From: a virus
Taxonomy: Duplodnaviria; Caudoviricetes
DNA: 64,000 bases
Virus record (IMG/VR): IMGVR_UViG_2773857812_000003
Coordinates: 1-64,000 of that record
Direction: 5' to 3' (one strand)
Of this stretch, positions 54,338 through 64,000 are shown one piece after another. The number at the start of each line of letters is the position of its first letter. Position 1 is the first letter of the stretch. Position numbers and translations under genes: made by a program. A model generated the notes under the pieces. It made no database searches. It was not told where the DNA came from and saw nothing but the letters and a program-made list of their open reading frames with translations.

Positions 54338-54960
54338 CGGCGGATTTCCACGAGCGGGATGGAGGTGATCGAGCCGAGCCGCTCGATATCGAGGGTGACG
54401 TCCAGCGCATCGGAATCGAAGCGAACTGGCACGTCGAACTCGAAGCCGGCGCGCACGGCCACGCCGTTACCTGGGGGCGCGGCGAAGGTGACGGTTCCGG
54501 TCGCCGGATCGACGGTCCAGCCTGATGGCTGGCTAACGCCGCCCTGCGCGATGCTGATTGTGCCCGCCACCGGCTTGGTGATGGTGCGGACCCATGTCTG
54601 CGACCCGGAAGCGTATCGCTTCACCAGCTGGAAGGCGGTGCGTGTGCCGTCCCCCGTCCCGATCAGCTGGTCGGCAGCATTCGGCGTCTCGCTCGGCTTG
54701 CAGGATTTGTGATCAGCCCAGTCCTTGAAGCGGAAGCCGTGCAGCCGCCCGTTGCGGGCCTCGAAGAAGGCCACCACCGCGTCGAGATCATCGGCGCGGC
54801 GGATACCATAGGAGATGTCATAGCGGCGGCGCGAGTTGGCCCAGCTTGCGTTTCGTTCCTCGTCGCCCGAGGCCAGTTCCACGATCTTGGTGCGCCGTTC
54901 CGGGCCGCCACGCGCGCCGCGGCTGATATTGTCCGGGAAGCGGACCTCGTGAAACGCCAT
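54334..54960 (-). CDS. Distal tail protein (DUF2460)
   Basis: Homolog of 8011..8637; AGGAGG RBS before MAFHEVRF. Confidence 0.9.
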   Translation of the reverse strand: MAFHEVRFPDNISRGARGGPERRTKIVELASGDEERNASWANSRRRYDISYGIRRADDLDAVVAFFEARNGRLHGFRFKDWADHKSCKPSETPNAADQLIGTGDGTRTAFQLVKRYASGSQTWVRTITKPVAGTISIAQGGVSQPSGWTVDPATGTVTFAAPPGNGVAVRAGFEFDVPVRFDSDALDVTLDIERLGSITSIPLVEIRR

Positions 54961-54974
54961 AAGCGCCTCCTTCG

Positions 54975-54992
54975 ATAAAGCAATGATATTGC
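54975..54992 (+). promoter_or_regulatory. Conserved regulatory box, second copy
   Basis: Identical to 22384..22401. Confidence 0.55.
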
Positions 54993-55075
54993 GGTGATTT
55001 ACCTTCATTCCGGGCGATTGCAGAGCGATGGTGATGACAAGGAAAGCGATATCGCCTCACCAGGGAGACCACGCC

Positions 55076-55270
55076 ATGACCAGCGCCACCGACACCCTTC
55101 CCGACATGATCGAGGTCAACGGGGAACGCTTTTTCAAGACCCGGCTCACCAATATCGCGATGAAGGGCCATGTCTGGGGCGAGGGGGTCGAGATGCGCGA
55201 ATACTGGCGCGACGGCAAAGACGATTGTCGCCTGCAGGTGCGCACGGAAAACGACTACGTTCTCGACTGA
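55076..55270 (+). CDS. 64-aa moron protein
   Basis: GGAG RBS, own upstream box and terminator; absent from prophage 1. Confidence 0.7.
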   Translation: MTSATDTLPDMIEVNGERFFKTRLTNIAMKGHVWGEGVEMREYWRDGKDDCRLQVRTENDYVLD

Positions 55271-55292
55271 CCACGCCCGCATAACTGCCCGC

Positions 55293-55313
55293 GCCCGGCC
55301 CGAAAGGCCGGGC
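55293..55313 (+). terminator. Hairpin after moron
   Basis: GCCCGGCC-CGAAA-GGCCGGGC. Confidence 0.6.
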
Positions 55314-55316
55314 TTC

Positions 55317-57716
55317 TCACATTCCCCTCCTTCCCATGGCGACGGCCCGCGCGATATCTGCCGAAATCTGCGCCCGCGACTGCCGGAAGCTCTCGGCATC
55401 GCGGGCGTTGATGTTGATGGTGACCCCACCTGCGCCGCTGGCGACCTCCCGGCGCGAGAGCACCCGCTCGCCCTTCTGCAGGATTGCCGGCACCTCGTCC
55501 GAGCGCAGGCCCGCCCAGCCGCCGGAATGCATCCGGGGCGCATTGGCGAAGGCCATGGCCGAGACCATGCGGGATGGCGCTGCACCGCCGACCATGCCGC
55601 CGGCATGGAGGATCGGCACATTCAGCCCCGGCATGACGCCCGACAGAATCCCGGCCAGCGGCCCGAGCAGGAAGCGGCGCGCGCCGAGCTTCGCCATGTC
55701 GGCCAGCATCGAGGTCACGAGGTCGCGGAAGTTCAGCTTGCCGGCCTTGACGAAATCGCCGACCGCATTCTCGGCGCTCTGGAAGGCCCCGACCAGCGCG
55801 TTGCCGATATCGCCACCAATGCTGCGGGCCTTTTCCGCATAGTCGGAGAGCGAGGCCACCACCGCGTCCCAGCCCTGTTTCGCCTGTTCCGCGCCGTTTG
55901 TAGTGTCTTCACCGGCTTTCTTGCCAGCCGCACCGGCCCGGCCTGCGGCGCCACCGGCGCGATCCATGGCACCGGCAACCCGCTCGGCCGCGCCAGCCGC
56001 ATCGTCCAGCGCGTTCGCGCCATCCTCGCCTGAGGCGGTGACCGCATCCTTCAGCGCCTGCCAGCTTTCCAGCGGCGCAACCGCCGCCGCGCCCAGTGCC
56101 TGCGCGGCGTCGAGATGTGCAGACGCTGCCGCGGCCGCCTGATCGGCAAGATCACCGAACAGGTCGGGGGGCTTGATGTAGCTCCGGTCCCAGGCATCGG
56201 CGAATGCGCCTGCCGCGGCGCTCCCTGCATCAGATGCGGATCCCTCGAACGGGTTGTCGATGCGGCCGATGTTGAACGGGTCCAAGGTTCCGATCTGCGC
56301 TCCGCCTTCGCCGACAGCCCATTCGGGCAGCATGGCGAGGGCGGCGTTGATGCCGGAGATGAAACTATTGATGCGGGTGACGACGCCGTTCAGCATCGCC
56401 TCGACCCCGGCGATTAACCCGTTCGCCGCCTTGAACGCCAGATCGCCAATGGCATCCGGCAGCAATGCCCAGATCGCCTTGATCGCCTCAAACCCGCCGT
56501 GCCAGACCGCAACATATCGGTCCACGGCGGTGACGCCCCCGGTCACGATCAGGTCGAGCACCGTGAACACATAGGCGCGATAGCCATCCCAGGCCGCATT
56601 GAGCAGCGCGAACGATGCCTGGAAGGCCAGGACGATGCGCTGGCCGACCTCCTTTGCGACATCGCCTAGCAGCTTGAACGCCGTGCCGATGCCGCCGACT
56701 GATTTGACCAGCGAGGAAAACTGGTAGATCAGCTCGCCCGCCGCGACGATCAGCGCGCCGATGCCGGTGCGGATCAGCGCCCCCCGCAGCACGGTCAGCG
56801 CCGTGGACAGCGAGAAGGTCGCGACACGGGCGGCGACAAAAGCCGCCACCCAGCGCCCGGCCATGAAGCCGGCGAAGGCAATCGCGAGCGAGGCGAGGCG
56901 TTCGATATTGTCCGCGACAAGGATCAGCACAGAGGCGACGGTGGAGGAGGCACCCAGAAGCTGATCCCAGCTGCCAACCAGTTGCAGCGCCGCATTGCCG
57001 ATCAGCGTGAACGCGTCGCCGATGGTGGCCGGCATGGAGTCCGCTTCCTCGCGCAGCAGCTCCAGATTGCCGACCAGCGCGGTGCGGATCACCTCGCCGG
57101 TGATCGCGCCCTGCGTTCCCATCACCCGCAGGCCGGAAACTGTGGTGCCGAGTTCCGCAGCCAGCAGTTCGGCCACCCGGCCGCCGGTCTGGATCACCGT
57201 GTTCAGGTTATCGCCAGACAGGCTGCCCAGCGCCATCGCCTTCGAGAGCGCGTTCTGGACCGAGGCCGCGCGCTCGGCCTTTGCGCCCGAGACCACCATG
57301 GCGTTGTTCAGCGCCTCGGTGAAATCGAGGCTCTCGGCGGTGGAAAGTCCGAGTTCGCGCAGGGCGGTGGCGTTCGAGAGCCAGCTTTCGGTCGTCTGCT
57401 CGATTCCCGAATAGGTGCGCCGCGCCATCTGCGCGAGCCGGTCCATGACGGCGGCGCCCTTCTCCTGCGACCCGGTCGCCAGATCGACGCGCGAGCGCAG
57501 ATCCGTCCATGTATCGGCATATTGCGCCACCTGCCGAATGCTGAGCGCGCCGGCGGCAATGCCTGCCAAACGCCGCAGCATGATGCCTGCGTGATCCACC
57601 TCGGCCGACATGCGCTTGAAGCTCTCTGCACCCGCATGGCCGACGCCTTCCAGTTCCGCGCGGACCTGGCGTCCGTTCTCAGCGACGAGACGAACGGAAA
57701 CTTTCTTCTCGGCCAT
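55317..57716 (-). CDS. Tape measure protein
   Basis: 799 aa, highly similar to 8637..11036. Confidence 0.9.
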   Translation of the reverse strand: MAEKKVSVRLVAENGRQVRAELEGVGHAGAESFKRMSAEVDHAGIMLRRLAGIAAGALSIRQVAQYADTWTDLRSRVDLATGSQEKGAAVMDRLAQMARRTYSGIEQTTESWLSNATALRELGLSTAESLDFTEALNNAMVVSGAKAERAASVQNALSKAMALGSLSGDNLNTVIQTGGRVAELLAAELGTTVSGLRVMGTQGAITGEVIRTALVGNLELLREEADSMPATIGDAFTLIGNAALQLVGSWDQLLGASSTVASVLILVADNIERLASLAIAFAGFMAGRWVAAFVAARVATFSLSTALTVLRGALIRTGIGALIVAAGELIYQFSSLVKSVGGIGTAFKLLGDVAKEVGQRIVLAFQASFALLNAAWDGYRAYVFTVLDLIVTGGVTAVDRYVAVWHGGFEAIKAIWALLPDAIGDLAFKAANGLIAGVEAMLNGVVTRINSFISGINAALAMLPEWAVGEGGAQIGTLDPFNIGRIDNPFEGSASDAGSAAAGAFADAWDRSYIKPPDLFGDLADQAAAAASAHLDAAQALGAAAVAPLESWQALKDAVTASGEDGANALDDAAGAAERVAGAMDRAGGAAGRAGAAGKKAGEDTTNGAEQAKQGWDAVVASLSDYAEKARSIGGDIGNALVGAFQSAENAVGDFVKAGKLNFRDLVTSMLADMAKLGARRFLLGPLAGILSGVMPGLNVPILHAGGMVGGAAPSRMVSAMAFANAPRMHSGGWAGLRSDEVPAILQKGERVLSRREVASGAGGVTININARDAESFRQSRAQISADIARAVAMGRRGM

Positions 57717-58379
57717 CGCCTCTGCCTTCCTCGATCTTCTGGTTTGTCCTGCGGATCATTTCCGCCTCGATCACCGGCAGCAGTTCCACGACCGCGAGCG
57801 GTGCAATGCCAAGGGCGCGGCCCATTTCCAGCGCCGCGCCCATGTCCCAGCCGAGAACCGCGCCGGGGATCGCCCGGACCTGCCCGCTCAGCCGCCCGGC
57901 CAGATCCCAGACCTGCCAGCCCTCTTGCGTTTCGGGACTGTTCAGCCGGGCAGGGCAGTCGGGGCAGTGTCCGGGGCAGGCTGCGCAATATCGCTCGCCC
58001 CCGCCGAAATGCCATTCGGCGAGGGCGCGGAGCCGTTTTTTTCCGCATCCAGCACCAGATAGGGGCCCAGAACCTTTTCCTGGAATGCCTCGAACACCGG
58101 CCAGATGTTCAAGAGCGCGTCGATGCCTTCGGGCGTCACCGGAAGGTCGATGCCCTCGGCGTCGCCGACGCCCGACCATTCGGTAATCACCATTCTGGCG
58201 ACGGCCTGCGCCATGGCCACGGCCAGCACTTCCTTCGGCGCATCCGCGTCGAGGGTATCGAGGGAGACATCGGAGCGCGCGGCGGCCATGATGGATGTGG
58301 TGATCGGGGCGACCCGGATCATCAGCCCCGGCAGCAGATCGATCCAGCGCGGCTCGGTGGTCATGTTAAGTCGGATCAT
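57679..58379 (-). CDS. Tail chaperone -1 frameshift product
   Basis: A AAA AAC at 58041..58035. Confidence 0.75.
57942..58379 (-). CDS. Tail assembly chaperone
   Basis: Identical protein to 11262..11699. Confidence 0.8.
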   Translation of the reverse strand: MIRLNMTTEPRWIDLLPGLMIRVAPITTSIMAAARSDVSLDTLDADAPKEVLAVAMAQAVARMVITEWSGVGDAEGIDLPVTPEGIDALLNIWPVFEAFQEKVLGPYLVLDAEKNGSAPSPNGISAGASDIAQPAPDTAPTALPG

Positions 58380-58382
58380 GGT

Positions 58383-59327
58383 TCAATATTCCTCGGTGTT
58401 GTTGACAAGGGTGATGGTTGCCATGCGCGCCGGGCTGGCGGCCTTCGCCGCCTGCCAGTCGAAGCTGGCCTGAATGCCTTGCGGCCCGCTGATCTCGACG
58501 CGGGGGCGCGGCAGATAGACGGCATGTGCGGTGAAGGTCAGGCTTTCGCCGCTGGTCAGGGTGTATGCGAATTCCAATTCGCACGGCCCGCCGGCGATGG
58601 CCTGGTTCATCAGCACCATATCGGCAAAGCGCAGCTCGATCTGGCCGGTCAGCGCGGCGATGGACGGGTCCGCACCGTCGATCATGCCGTCGGCACGAAT
58701 GGTCTCGATCCGGTCGAGATTGTTGGCATAGGTGATCTGGGCCGAGATCACATTGCCCAGTGCTGTGCCATTGCGCGTGATGGCGCCGTTGAAATGCCCG
58801 AAGCGGATCAGGTCCAGATCAGCCAGCGTGCCGGCCTGCGAGGTGCTGACGACGGTCTCGCCCTGCGCCACAAGCTGGGCGCTGGCGGTCAACAGGCCGG
58901 AACGCTGCATGGTCCAACTGAGCTGGTTGACCATGACGCCCGAATACATGGCAAAGCGCGGGATTTCCGGCATGGCGACCTCAACCGCCATGCTGGGCAG
59001 CGTCCAGCCGCCCGAGCGGAATTCATGCGTGTAGGGCCCCGGCGCAGTTCCGGTCGTGACCGGCGCCCCGAACGCGGCCTTGAGCCAGAAGCCGAACGCC
59101 TCGGCATCGATGGGGATGGTCAGATCGCCATCCGCGGTGATCGCATCCTTGACCGGCGCCAGCGGATCGCGGCCATAGCCCAGCAGTTCCGACGAGAGCA
59201 GCGGCTGCTCAGCGCTCAGCGTCGAGGACGCGAAGGGCAGGCGGGTGTAACCGCTGGCCGGCGCGGTGCCGTAGACAGTCTCGAACGCGACCGCGAGTTG
59301 CGACCGCGCACCTTGGGCGCGTGCCAT
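58383..59327 (-). CDS. Phage tail tube protein
   Basis: Near-identical to 11703..12647. Confidence 0.88.
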   Translation of the reverse strand: MARAQGARSQLAVAFETVYGTAPASGYTRLPFASSTLSAEQPLLSSELLGYGRDPLAPVKDAITADGDLTIPIDAEAFGFWLKAAFGAPVTTGTAPGPYTHEFRSGGWTLPSMAVEVAMPEIPRFAMYSGVMVNQLSWTMQRSGLLTASAQLVAQGETVVSTSQAGTLADLDLIRFGHFNGAITRNGTALGNVISAQITYANNLDRIETIRADGMIDGADPSIAALTGQIELRFADMVLMNQAIAGGPCELEFAYTLTSGESLTFTAHAVYLPRPRVEISGPQGIQASFDWQAAKAASPARMATITLVNNTEEY

Positions 59328-59402
59328 GGGGGATTCCTTTCATTCGACGGATTGCCGGGATGAAGCTTGATATCGGGCTCTGCCCGAGGGCATTCCCGGC
59401 GC

Positions 59403-59819
59403 ATGAAGTCATTCTCGTTTCTTCGGACTGCTGTCCTTGCCGTCATCCTGTCCGGTTGTGCGCCGCCACCGCCGCAACAGGCCGATGTCCCGCAGGGCTC
59501 AACAGCGTTTTCTGGTAACGTCAGCAGGGTGATCGACGGCGATACCTTTGCGCTTCAGGGCGAGAGCCGCCGGATCCGGGTCTGGGGTCTGGACGCGCAG
59601 GAATGGAACCGGCAGGGTGGATCTGATGCTACTGCGGCGATGCGGCAGTTGGTTTTGGGCAGAAGCCTGCACTGCAGCCAGCGCGACATCGACCGCTACG
59701 ACCGCATCGTCGCCCAATGCTTCCTGCCCGATGGCCGTGACATCGCCGCCGTGATGATCCGGGCGGGTGTTGCGACCGAATATTGCCGCTATTCACGGGG
59801 CTATTACGGCACCTGCTGA
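59403..59819 (+). CDS. Thermonuclease (SNase-like) lipoprotein
   Basis: MKSFSFLRTAVLAVILSGC lipobox; VIDGDTF, RIRVWGLDA, DRYDR. Confidence 0.88.
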   Translation: MKSFSFLRTAVLAVILSGCAPPPPQQADVPQGSTAFSGNVSRVIDGDTFALQGESRRIRVWGLDAQEWNRQGGSDATAAMRQLVLGRSLHCSQRDIDRYDRIVAQCFLPDGRDIAAVMIRAGVATEYCRYSRGYYGTC

Positions 59820-59838
59820 AATCCGCAGGACCAGAGCC

Positions 59839-60261
59839 TCAGGCCAGAGGCCCGGTCGTGGTATAGTGCAGCACGACGGTGATCACCGCCGCCTTCAGCG
59901 CCGCCGCGCCATCGACGGCCAGATCGACCGAGGCCGGGGCCTCCGGTTCGACCCAGTCGCAGAGCCCGCCGAGCGTCCGGTCAGCTTCCAGCGCTGCTCC
60001 GATGGTGCTGATCAGGCCGTCGAAGGCGCTGGCCCGGCCGTTGCCAGTTTGGACGACGACCTCGAGCTCGGCGCGGTGCTGGTAGTGATAGCGCAATGGC
60101 GAGAGCGTTACCTCCGGCTCGCCCGGCTGGCCATCGCGCAGGATGATCAGCCCAGCCGCGGGGATCCGCTCGGGCAGCACCTCATCGCGCAGGGTAACGG
60201 CGGCAAGCGGCTGCAGCCGCGCGTGAAGCGCGGCGAGGATGGTTTCATAGGTGGTGGGCAT
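59839..60261 (-). CDS. Tail terminator/completion protein
   Basis: Homolog of 14104..14529. Confidence 0.75.
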   Translation of the reverse strand: MPTTYETILAALHARLQPLAAVTLRDEVLPERIPAAGLIILRDGQPGEPEVTLSPLRYHYQHRAELEVVVQTGNGRASAFDGLISTIGAALEADRTLGGLCDWVEPEAPASVDLAVDGAAALKAAVITVVLHYTTTGPLA

Positions 60262-60343
60262 AAATGGACAGCAAGTTTGTTGGGCGTGATTATCCGCCAG
60301 TTGAAAGCGTTTTGCCGTGCGAAGCTGTCAATGATCTGGATTT

Positions 60344-60907
60344 CTACGCCACAGCGGCAACTGCACCGGACAGTATCCCAACGAACATATCCAGTTGGCA
60401 AACAATTTCTATCAGCCTCCCAACATCAGACTTACTGCCCGCTCCGCCCTCCATCTTTTTGATAAGCTCAGAGGCTTCGTTCCCAAGCTCTACCAGTTCA
60501 TCGAGGACTTGATCGCTTGTCTCGATGTTTTGATAGCCTTTGGCAATCAACGCGTCCAACGCAGTGTCTGAAAGCTTGATTCCATCGGGGACAGAAACTT
60601 TCGAAATCTGCTCTGCGCCACCGGAGTAAAGATTTTTCGCCTCGCTCAGATTGGCCTGGAACTGATCAAAATCAGGCTCCTGCGCCAGCCATATAGCCAG
60701 CGCATCCTGGACGTGTGCGTTGGCTTTCATCAGTAGCGAAGCCCCGTTCCCAAGCTCGCTTGGCAGGTTTGGAATAAGCCTGCGGACTTCCGGTGGACCC
60801 GCATCGAAGATATCGCGCATTGACGTTTCTTGGGCGCTCACGGACGTGATGGATATCGCGATTGCCGCAATGGTCGTCGCAATGATGCGCTGATTTGATC
60901 GATTCAT
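60344..60907 (-). CDS. Secreted hypothetical protein (moron)
   Basis: Sec-type signal ...ISITSVSA-QE; low GC. Confidence 0.7.
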   Translation of the reverse strand: MNRSNQRIIATTIAAIAISITSVSAQETSMRDIFDAGPPEVRRLIPNLPSELGNGASLLMKANAHVQDALAIWLAQEPDFDQFQANLSEAKNLYSGGAEQISKVSVPDGIKLSDTALDALIAKGYQNIETSDQVLDELVELGNEASELIKKMEGGAGSKSDVGRLIEIVCQLDMFVGILSGAVAAVA

Positions 60908-60910
60908 CGG

Positions 60911-61549
60911 CTATCCTCCGCTATTGCTGACTGTTCCGGACTGACTTTGACCGGTCGTGGTTTGATTTGATCCTAGCGAGGCACATTCCGTTTTGAGAAA
61001 CTCTGGGTCCGAATCTTTTCCTTTGGGGCAGAGCTCATTGAGAAGGCCAACCCACATTCCATCTGCAACGACGCCCTCATCGTTCATCTTCTTGGCAAGC
61101 CACAAACGGATTTCTAGGACTTTGTTCGCGTCTGGCCCGCCAGCCTTCGCTTCAAGCCCGTCGATGAACTGCTCCAGAGCAGCAAAACCGCTAGTCGCCT
61201 TCAGGGCGCGAGTATTCTCAGCGGCTTGTTCACTCGCCGTGTTGGCGGCCCAAAGTGCGCCACCGGCGGCCATGGCTGCGAACAATGCCGAAATTGCGGG
61301 GATTATCCAGCCATTGGTTGAAGGCGGAGCATTGACAACCAGTCCTTTGGCCGCTTGCTCAAGGCTATCGAGGCGCGGCTCAATGGCTTGAAGCTTCAAG
61401 ATTGCCCGAATGGCCTCTAAGTCAACGGTTTCAACACCTTCAACCACTTCAATGTGAAGCTTGCTCTCCCGTGCGATGGACTGAACCTTGGCAGCATCGA
61501 AGCTGTCTCCCAGCGATGCGGCAACGTCTGCAATTGGTTGCATCGCCAT
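60911..61549 (-). CDS. Single-TM hypothetical protein (moron)
   Basis: WIIPAISALFAAMAAGGALWA TM; low GC. Confidence 0.7.
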   Translation of the reverse strand: MAMQPIADVAASLGDSFDAAKVQSIARESKLHIEVVEGVETVDLEAIRAILKLQAIEPRLDSLEQAAKGLVVNAPPSTNGWIIPAISALFAAMAAGGALWAANTASEQAAENTRALKATSGFAALEQFIDGLEAKAGGPDANKVLEIRLWLAKKMNDEGVVADGMWVGLLNELCPKGKDSDPEFLKTECASLGSNQTTTGQSQSGTVSNSGG

Positions 61550-61629
61550 CCAGTTGTCCTTTCAGCGTTCCGTCATCAATGGCCAGTCTACACCACTTCG
61601 CTTGTTGCCAAAGTCTGTTTTTTATCGGC

Positions 61630-62268
61630 TTATTCCGATGGTTGCATACCACCTTTCGCCCACTGTCTCACAATTAACCCCGGCAAGGCAGAATGCGCCC
61701 GATCGCTATCCCTTGCCAAGTCCAGCCGCTTGCGCAGTCTGACCTGCCTGACCATGAGAAAGATCGGCACGGTGGTCAGCCCGCGGCCGGTCCTGGACCG
61801 GGACGCCACGGCGCGCCCCTTGGCGTTCAGCCGGCCCTCGGCGACCAGCAGGCTGGGCCCGGTGCGACGTGGGATGAAGCGCAGTTTCAGCCCGGTCCTG
61901 GCCTCCCATTCACGCGGGGTCGGGCGCTTGCCGCCTCGGCCCCTGCCGGCCGCATCGGTCGGGATCACCAGCCACAGCCCGCCCCTGGACCGGATCAGGG
62001 GGCCGGTGTCATGCGCGCCGATGATCGCCGGAGCTTTCGACCAGACCAGCGCGGCGGCGTTCAGGCTGTTGTTGCCGGCAGGATAGTTCTGCGAGCGAAT
62101 GGTGCGGGCAAGCCGCGCCCCAAGACCTGCGCCGGTGATCTGGCCGCGCCATGCTGTCTTGAGGCCGGTGCCGGCATCCCTGATTGCGGTTGACACGGCC
62201 TTTTCGCCGGCGGCGATCTCCGCCTGCATCAGCTTGGCGATATCCGTGACGGACAGGCTGATTTTCAT
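61630..62268 (-). CDS. Neck protein (DUF6441-like)
   Basis: Homolog of 14526..15146. Confidence 0.75.
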   Translation of the reverse strand: MKISLSVTDIAKLMQAEIAAGEKAVSTAIRDAGTGLKTAWRGQITGAGLGARLARTIRSQNYPAGNNSLNAAALVWSKAPAIIGAHDTGPLIRSRGGLWLVIPTDAAGRGRGGKRPTPREWEARTGLKLRFIPRRTGPSLLVAEGRLNAKGRAVASRSRTGRGLTTVPIFLMVRQVRLRKRLDLARDSDRAHSALPGLIVRQWAKGGMQPSE

Positions 62269-62579
62269 GCCGGCCTCAGGTCCAGCGTCCAGATCAGCCG
62301 CTCGCGGTCGCGCAGGGGTTCCCCTTGGATAACATGGCTGTCCGCGCCGATGACGATCAGATCGCCGGGGCGCGGGGCCGGCAGATCGGCCACGCGGACG
62401 TCCACCATGGTGGTATCACTGACAAAGCGGCCGGCGCCGAACTCGGTGACGCGGTCCGGGGCGCGGGCGATGATGCGGATCGTGCGCTCCTCGGAGGTGC
62501 TGGCCGAGATCCACAGCGCCGGCACCGCCATGGCGGCATGGTTGAAGATGCGGTCCATGGCGTTGGCGAAGGCGGACAT
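62265..62579 (-). CDS. Head-tail joining protein
   Basis: Homolog of 15143..15457. Confidence 0.75.
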   Translation of the reverse strand: MSAFANAMDRIFNHAAMAVPALWISASTSEERTIRIIARAPDRVTEFGAGRFVSDTTMVDVRVADLPAPRPGDLIVIGADSHVIQGEPLRDRERLIWTLDLRPA

Positions 62580-62590
62580 GGAAGGGCTCG

Positions 62591-63613
62591 TCAGTTCGAG
62601 CTGTGGATCCGGATCGCCAGTCGGGGCCGCTTGTTGACCGGCAGGATCGAGGCCTCGGTCATCAGGTCGATCCAGCGGCCCTTCTCGTCGAGATGCTGGC
62701 GGGCATAGAGCGGCAGGCCGATGGTATTGGCGGTTTCCAAGAGGTTCGCCGGGCCGCCATAGGTGGTGAAGGTGTCCATGGTGCCCAAGGGAAAGGCAAT
62801 GCCTTCGCCTGCGGGCACCAGCCGTTCGGTGGCTTTGGTCGATAGCGTGACCGCGCCGGAATATTCCTCGAACAGGATGCCCGCGAAGGGGAAGTTGCGG
62901 CGCATGTCCTCGCGCAAGGGCTGGGCGCCGGTCGCGGCGTAGAACTTGTAGGCTTCCTCGACCTTGGCATGGCCGATCAGCTTGTCGAAGAACTCGCGGC
63001 TGACCAGCGCATGCACGCCGGTCATTGCCTCGCCGAGCAGGTTGTCCTCGATGGCGCGCAAGACCTCGCGAACCTTGGCCTGCACATTGGTGCCGGCGGT
63101 GCCCAGCAGGAAATCCACGGAAATCTGGGTCAGCCCGAATTCGGTGAAGTAATTGTAGAGGGCCGCGCCCGCCCCGTCCTTCACGATGCCGCGCAGCGCG
63201 TTCATCTCCATGTATTCGCGGGTCTGGGCATGCTTGCGGCGCATCAGCATCAGCTTGCGGCTCATGACGCCAACCAGCGGATCGGCCGCATCCGAGACCC
63301 CGAGCGCCGGAACTCCCTGGATATCGGCGGGCAGGATCACATCATCATGCGGGATCCATGGCAGGGCGAAGCTGCGCATGGACCGGCCCTCGCGGGTGCC
63401 GACGGTGGCGGGACCACCCATTGGGACCGAGGGCAGCAGGCTCAGCACACCCTCATATTGCTCGATGATCACCGAGCGCTGGCTGACGCCTTCGAAGCGG
63501 AACAGCCCGAGCTGGCCGAGGCGGGTATGGAGATCGGGCAGGATATTGATGGCCTGCGTCATCTCGGCCAGCGAATAGCCGCCGGCGTCAAAAGGATTGC
63601 GGGTGATGGTCAT
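62591..63613 (-). CDS. Major capsid protein, lambda gpE family
   Basis: 340 aa, QTREYMEMNALRG, LPVNKRP; follows decoration gene. Confidence 0.85.
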   Translation of the reverse strand: MTITRNPFDAGGYSLAEMTQAINILPDLHTRLGQLGLFRFEGVSQRSVIIEQYEGVLSLLPSVPMGGPATVGTREGRSMRSFALPWIPHDDVILPADIQGVPALGVSDAADPLVGVMSRKLMLMRRKHAQTREYMEMNALRGIVKDGAGAALYNYFTEFGLTQISVDFLLGTAGTNVQAKVREVLRAIEDNLLGEAMTGVHALVSREFFDKLIGHAKVEEAYKFYAATGAQPLREDMRRNFPFAGILFEEYSGAVTLSTKATERLVPAGEGIAFPLGTMDTFTTYGGPANLLETANTIGLPLYARQHLDEKGRWIDLMTEASILPVNKRPRLAIRIHSSN

Positions 63614-63658
63614 GGGAGGACTCCGGGGATGATGGGGGAGGACTGTCGATGTGACGCG

Positions 63659-64000
63659 TCAGGCGCCGTCACGGGTGACGATGCCGACGGTGACCAGTTC
63701 GGCGATCTTGGCGGCAGTCTTGGTGGCGTCATCGACGCTGGCGTCGAAGACGAGGCCTGCGCGCGAGACGATGGCGGGGCCCCGGGCCACCACGATGCCG
63801 GTAGCGTCGGCCGCTGCGGCATCGGTGGCGTAAAGCAGCACCGCAGCGGCAGTCTCGGCCCCGTCCGAGCCGGTGGCGGGTGAGATTGTGTATTTGCCGC
63901 TGGCGGTGATCTGCCCCAGCACCGCGCCGGTGGGGTAGGCCGTGCCCGCGAGCAGTGTCACCACTTCGCGGCTGTAGTTCGGGTTCAGCTCGTATTTGAG
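63659..64000 (-). CDS. Head decoration protein (gpD-like), 5' end outside window
   Basis: YSREVVTLLAG, GAVLGQITASGKY, AAAVLLY. Confidence 0.8.
   Translation of the reverse strand, partial: LKYELNPNYSREVVTLLAGTAYPTGAVLGQITASGKYTISPATGSDGAETAAAVLLYATDAAAADATGIVVARGPAIVSRAGLVFDASVDDATKTAAKIAELVTVGIVTRDGA

Larger units (their letters stand above)
40637..64000. mobile_element. Prophage 2 (continues beyond window)
   Basis: Cargo, then lysis-tail-head genes colinear with prophage 1. Confidence 0.88.

Noticed and set aside
46239-59327. Simple assembly duplication of prophage 1
   Set aside because: Many substitutions, different endolysins, morons and head genes show two distinct elements; only local tracts are near-identical

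Overview
High-GC alphaproteobacterial DNA (Rhodobacteraceae/Paracoccus-like, an inference). It holds two related temperate siphophage prophages with GTA-type tail modules, in tandem and in the same orientation. Prophage 1 (<1..40636) is nearly complete: lysis, tail, head (protease-capsid fusion), lambda-type terminase and portal, three DNA methyltransferases, a putative cos site, a replication gene containing its origin, an integrase, and defence cargo (Type ISP restriction-modification, SIR2-HerA). It ends at a duplicated 3' half of tRNA-fMet (40592..40636) that looks like a hybrid attP-like junction. Prophage 2 (40637..>64000) begins with cargo (double-AAA ATPase, WYL regulator, PD-(D/E)XK-like gene plus unknown partner, metallophosphoesterase), followed by lysis, tail and a lambda gpE/gpD-type head. 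Main observations: a C5 methyltransferase apparently split over two fully overlapping same-strand frames; an uncharacterised AAA/WYL/nuclease/phosphoesterase cargo; three copies of a 9-16-9 inverted-repeat operator with no canonical CI repressor; LamG-like domains inserted in both megatron proteins; exported thermonucleases with different export signals; and near-identical tail tracts 46,680 bp apart that could loop out a hybrid phage. All product calls come from motif recognition by eye; no database searches were run.
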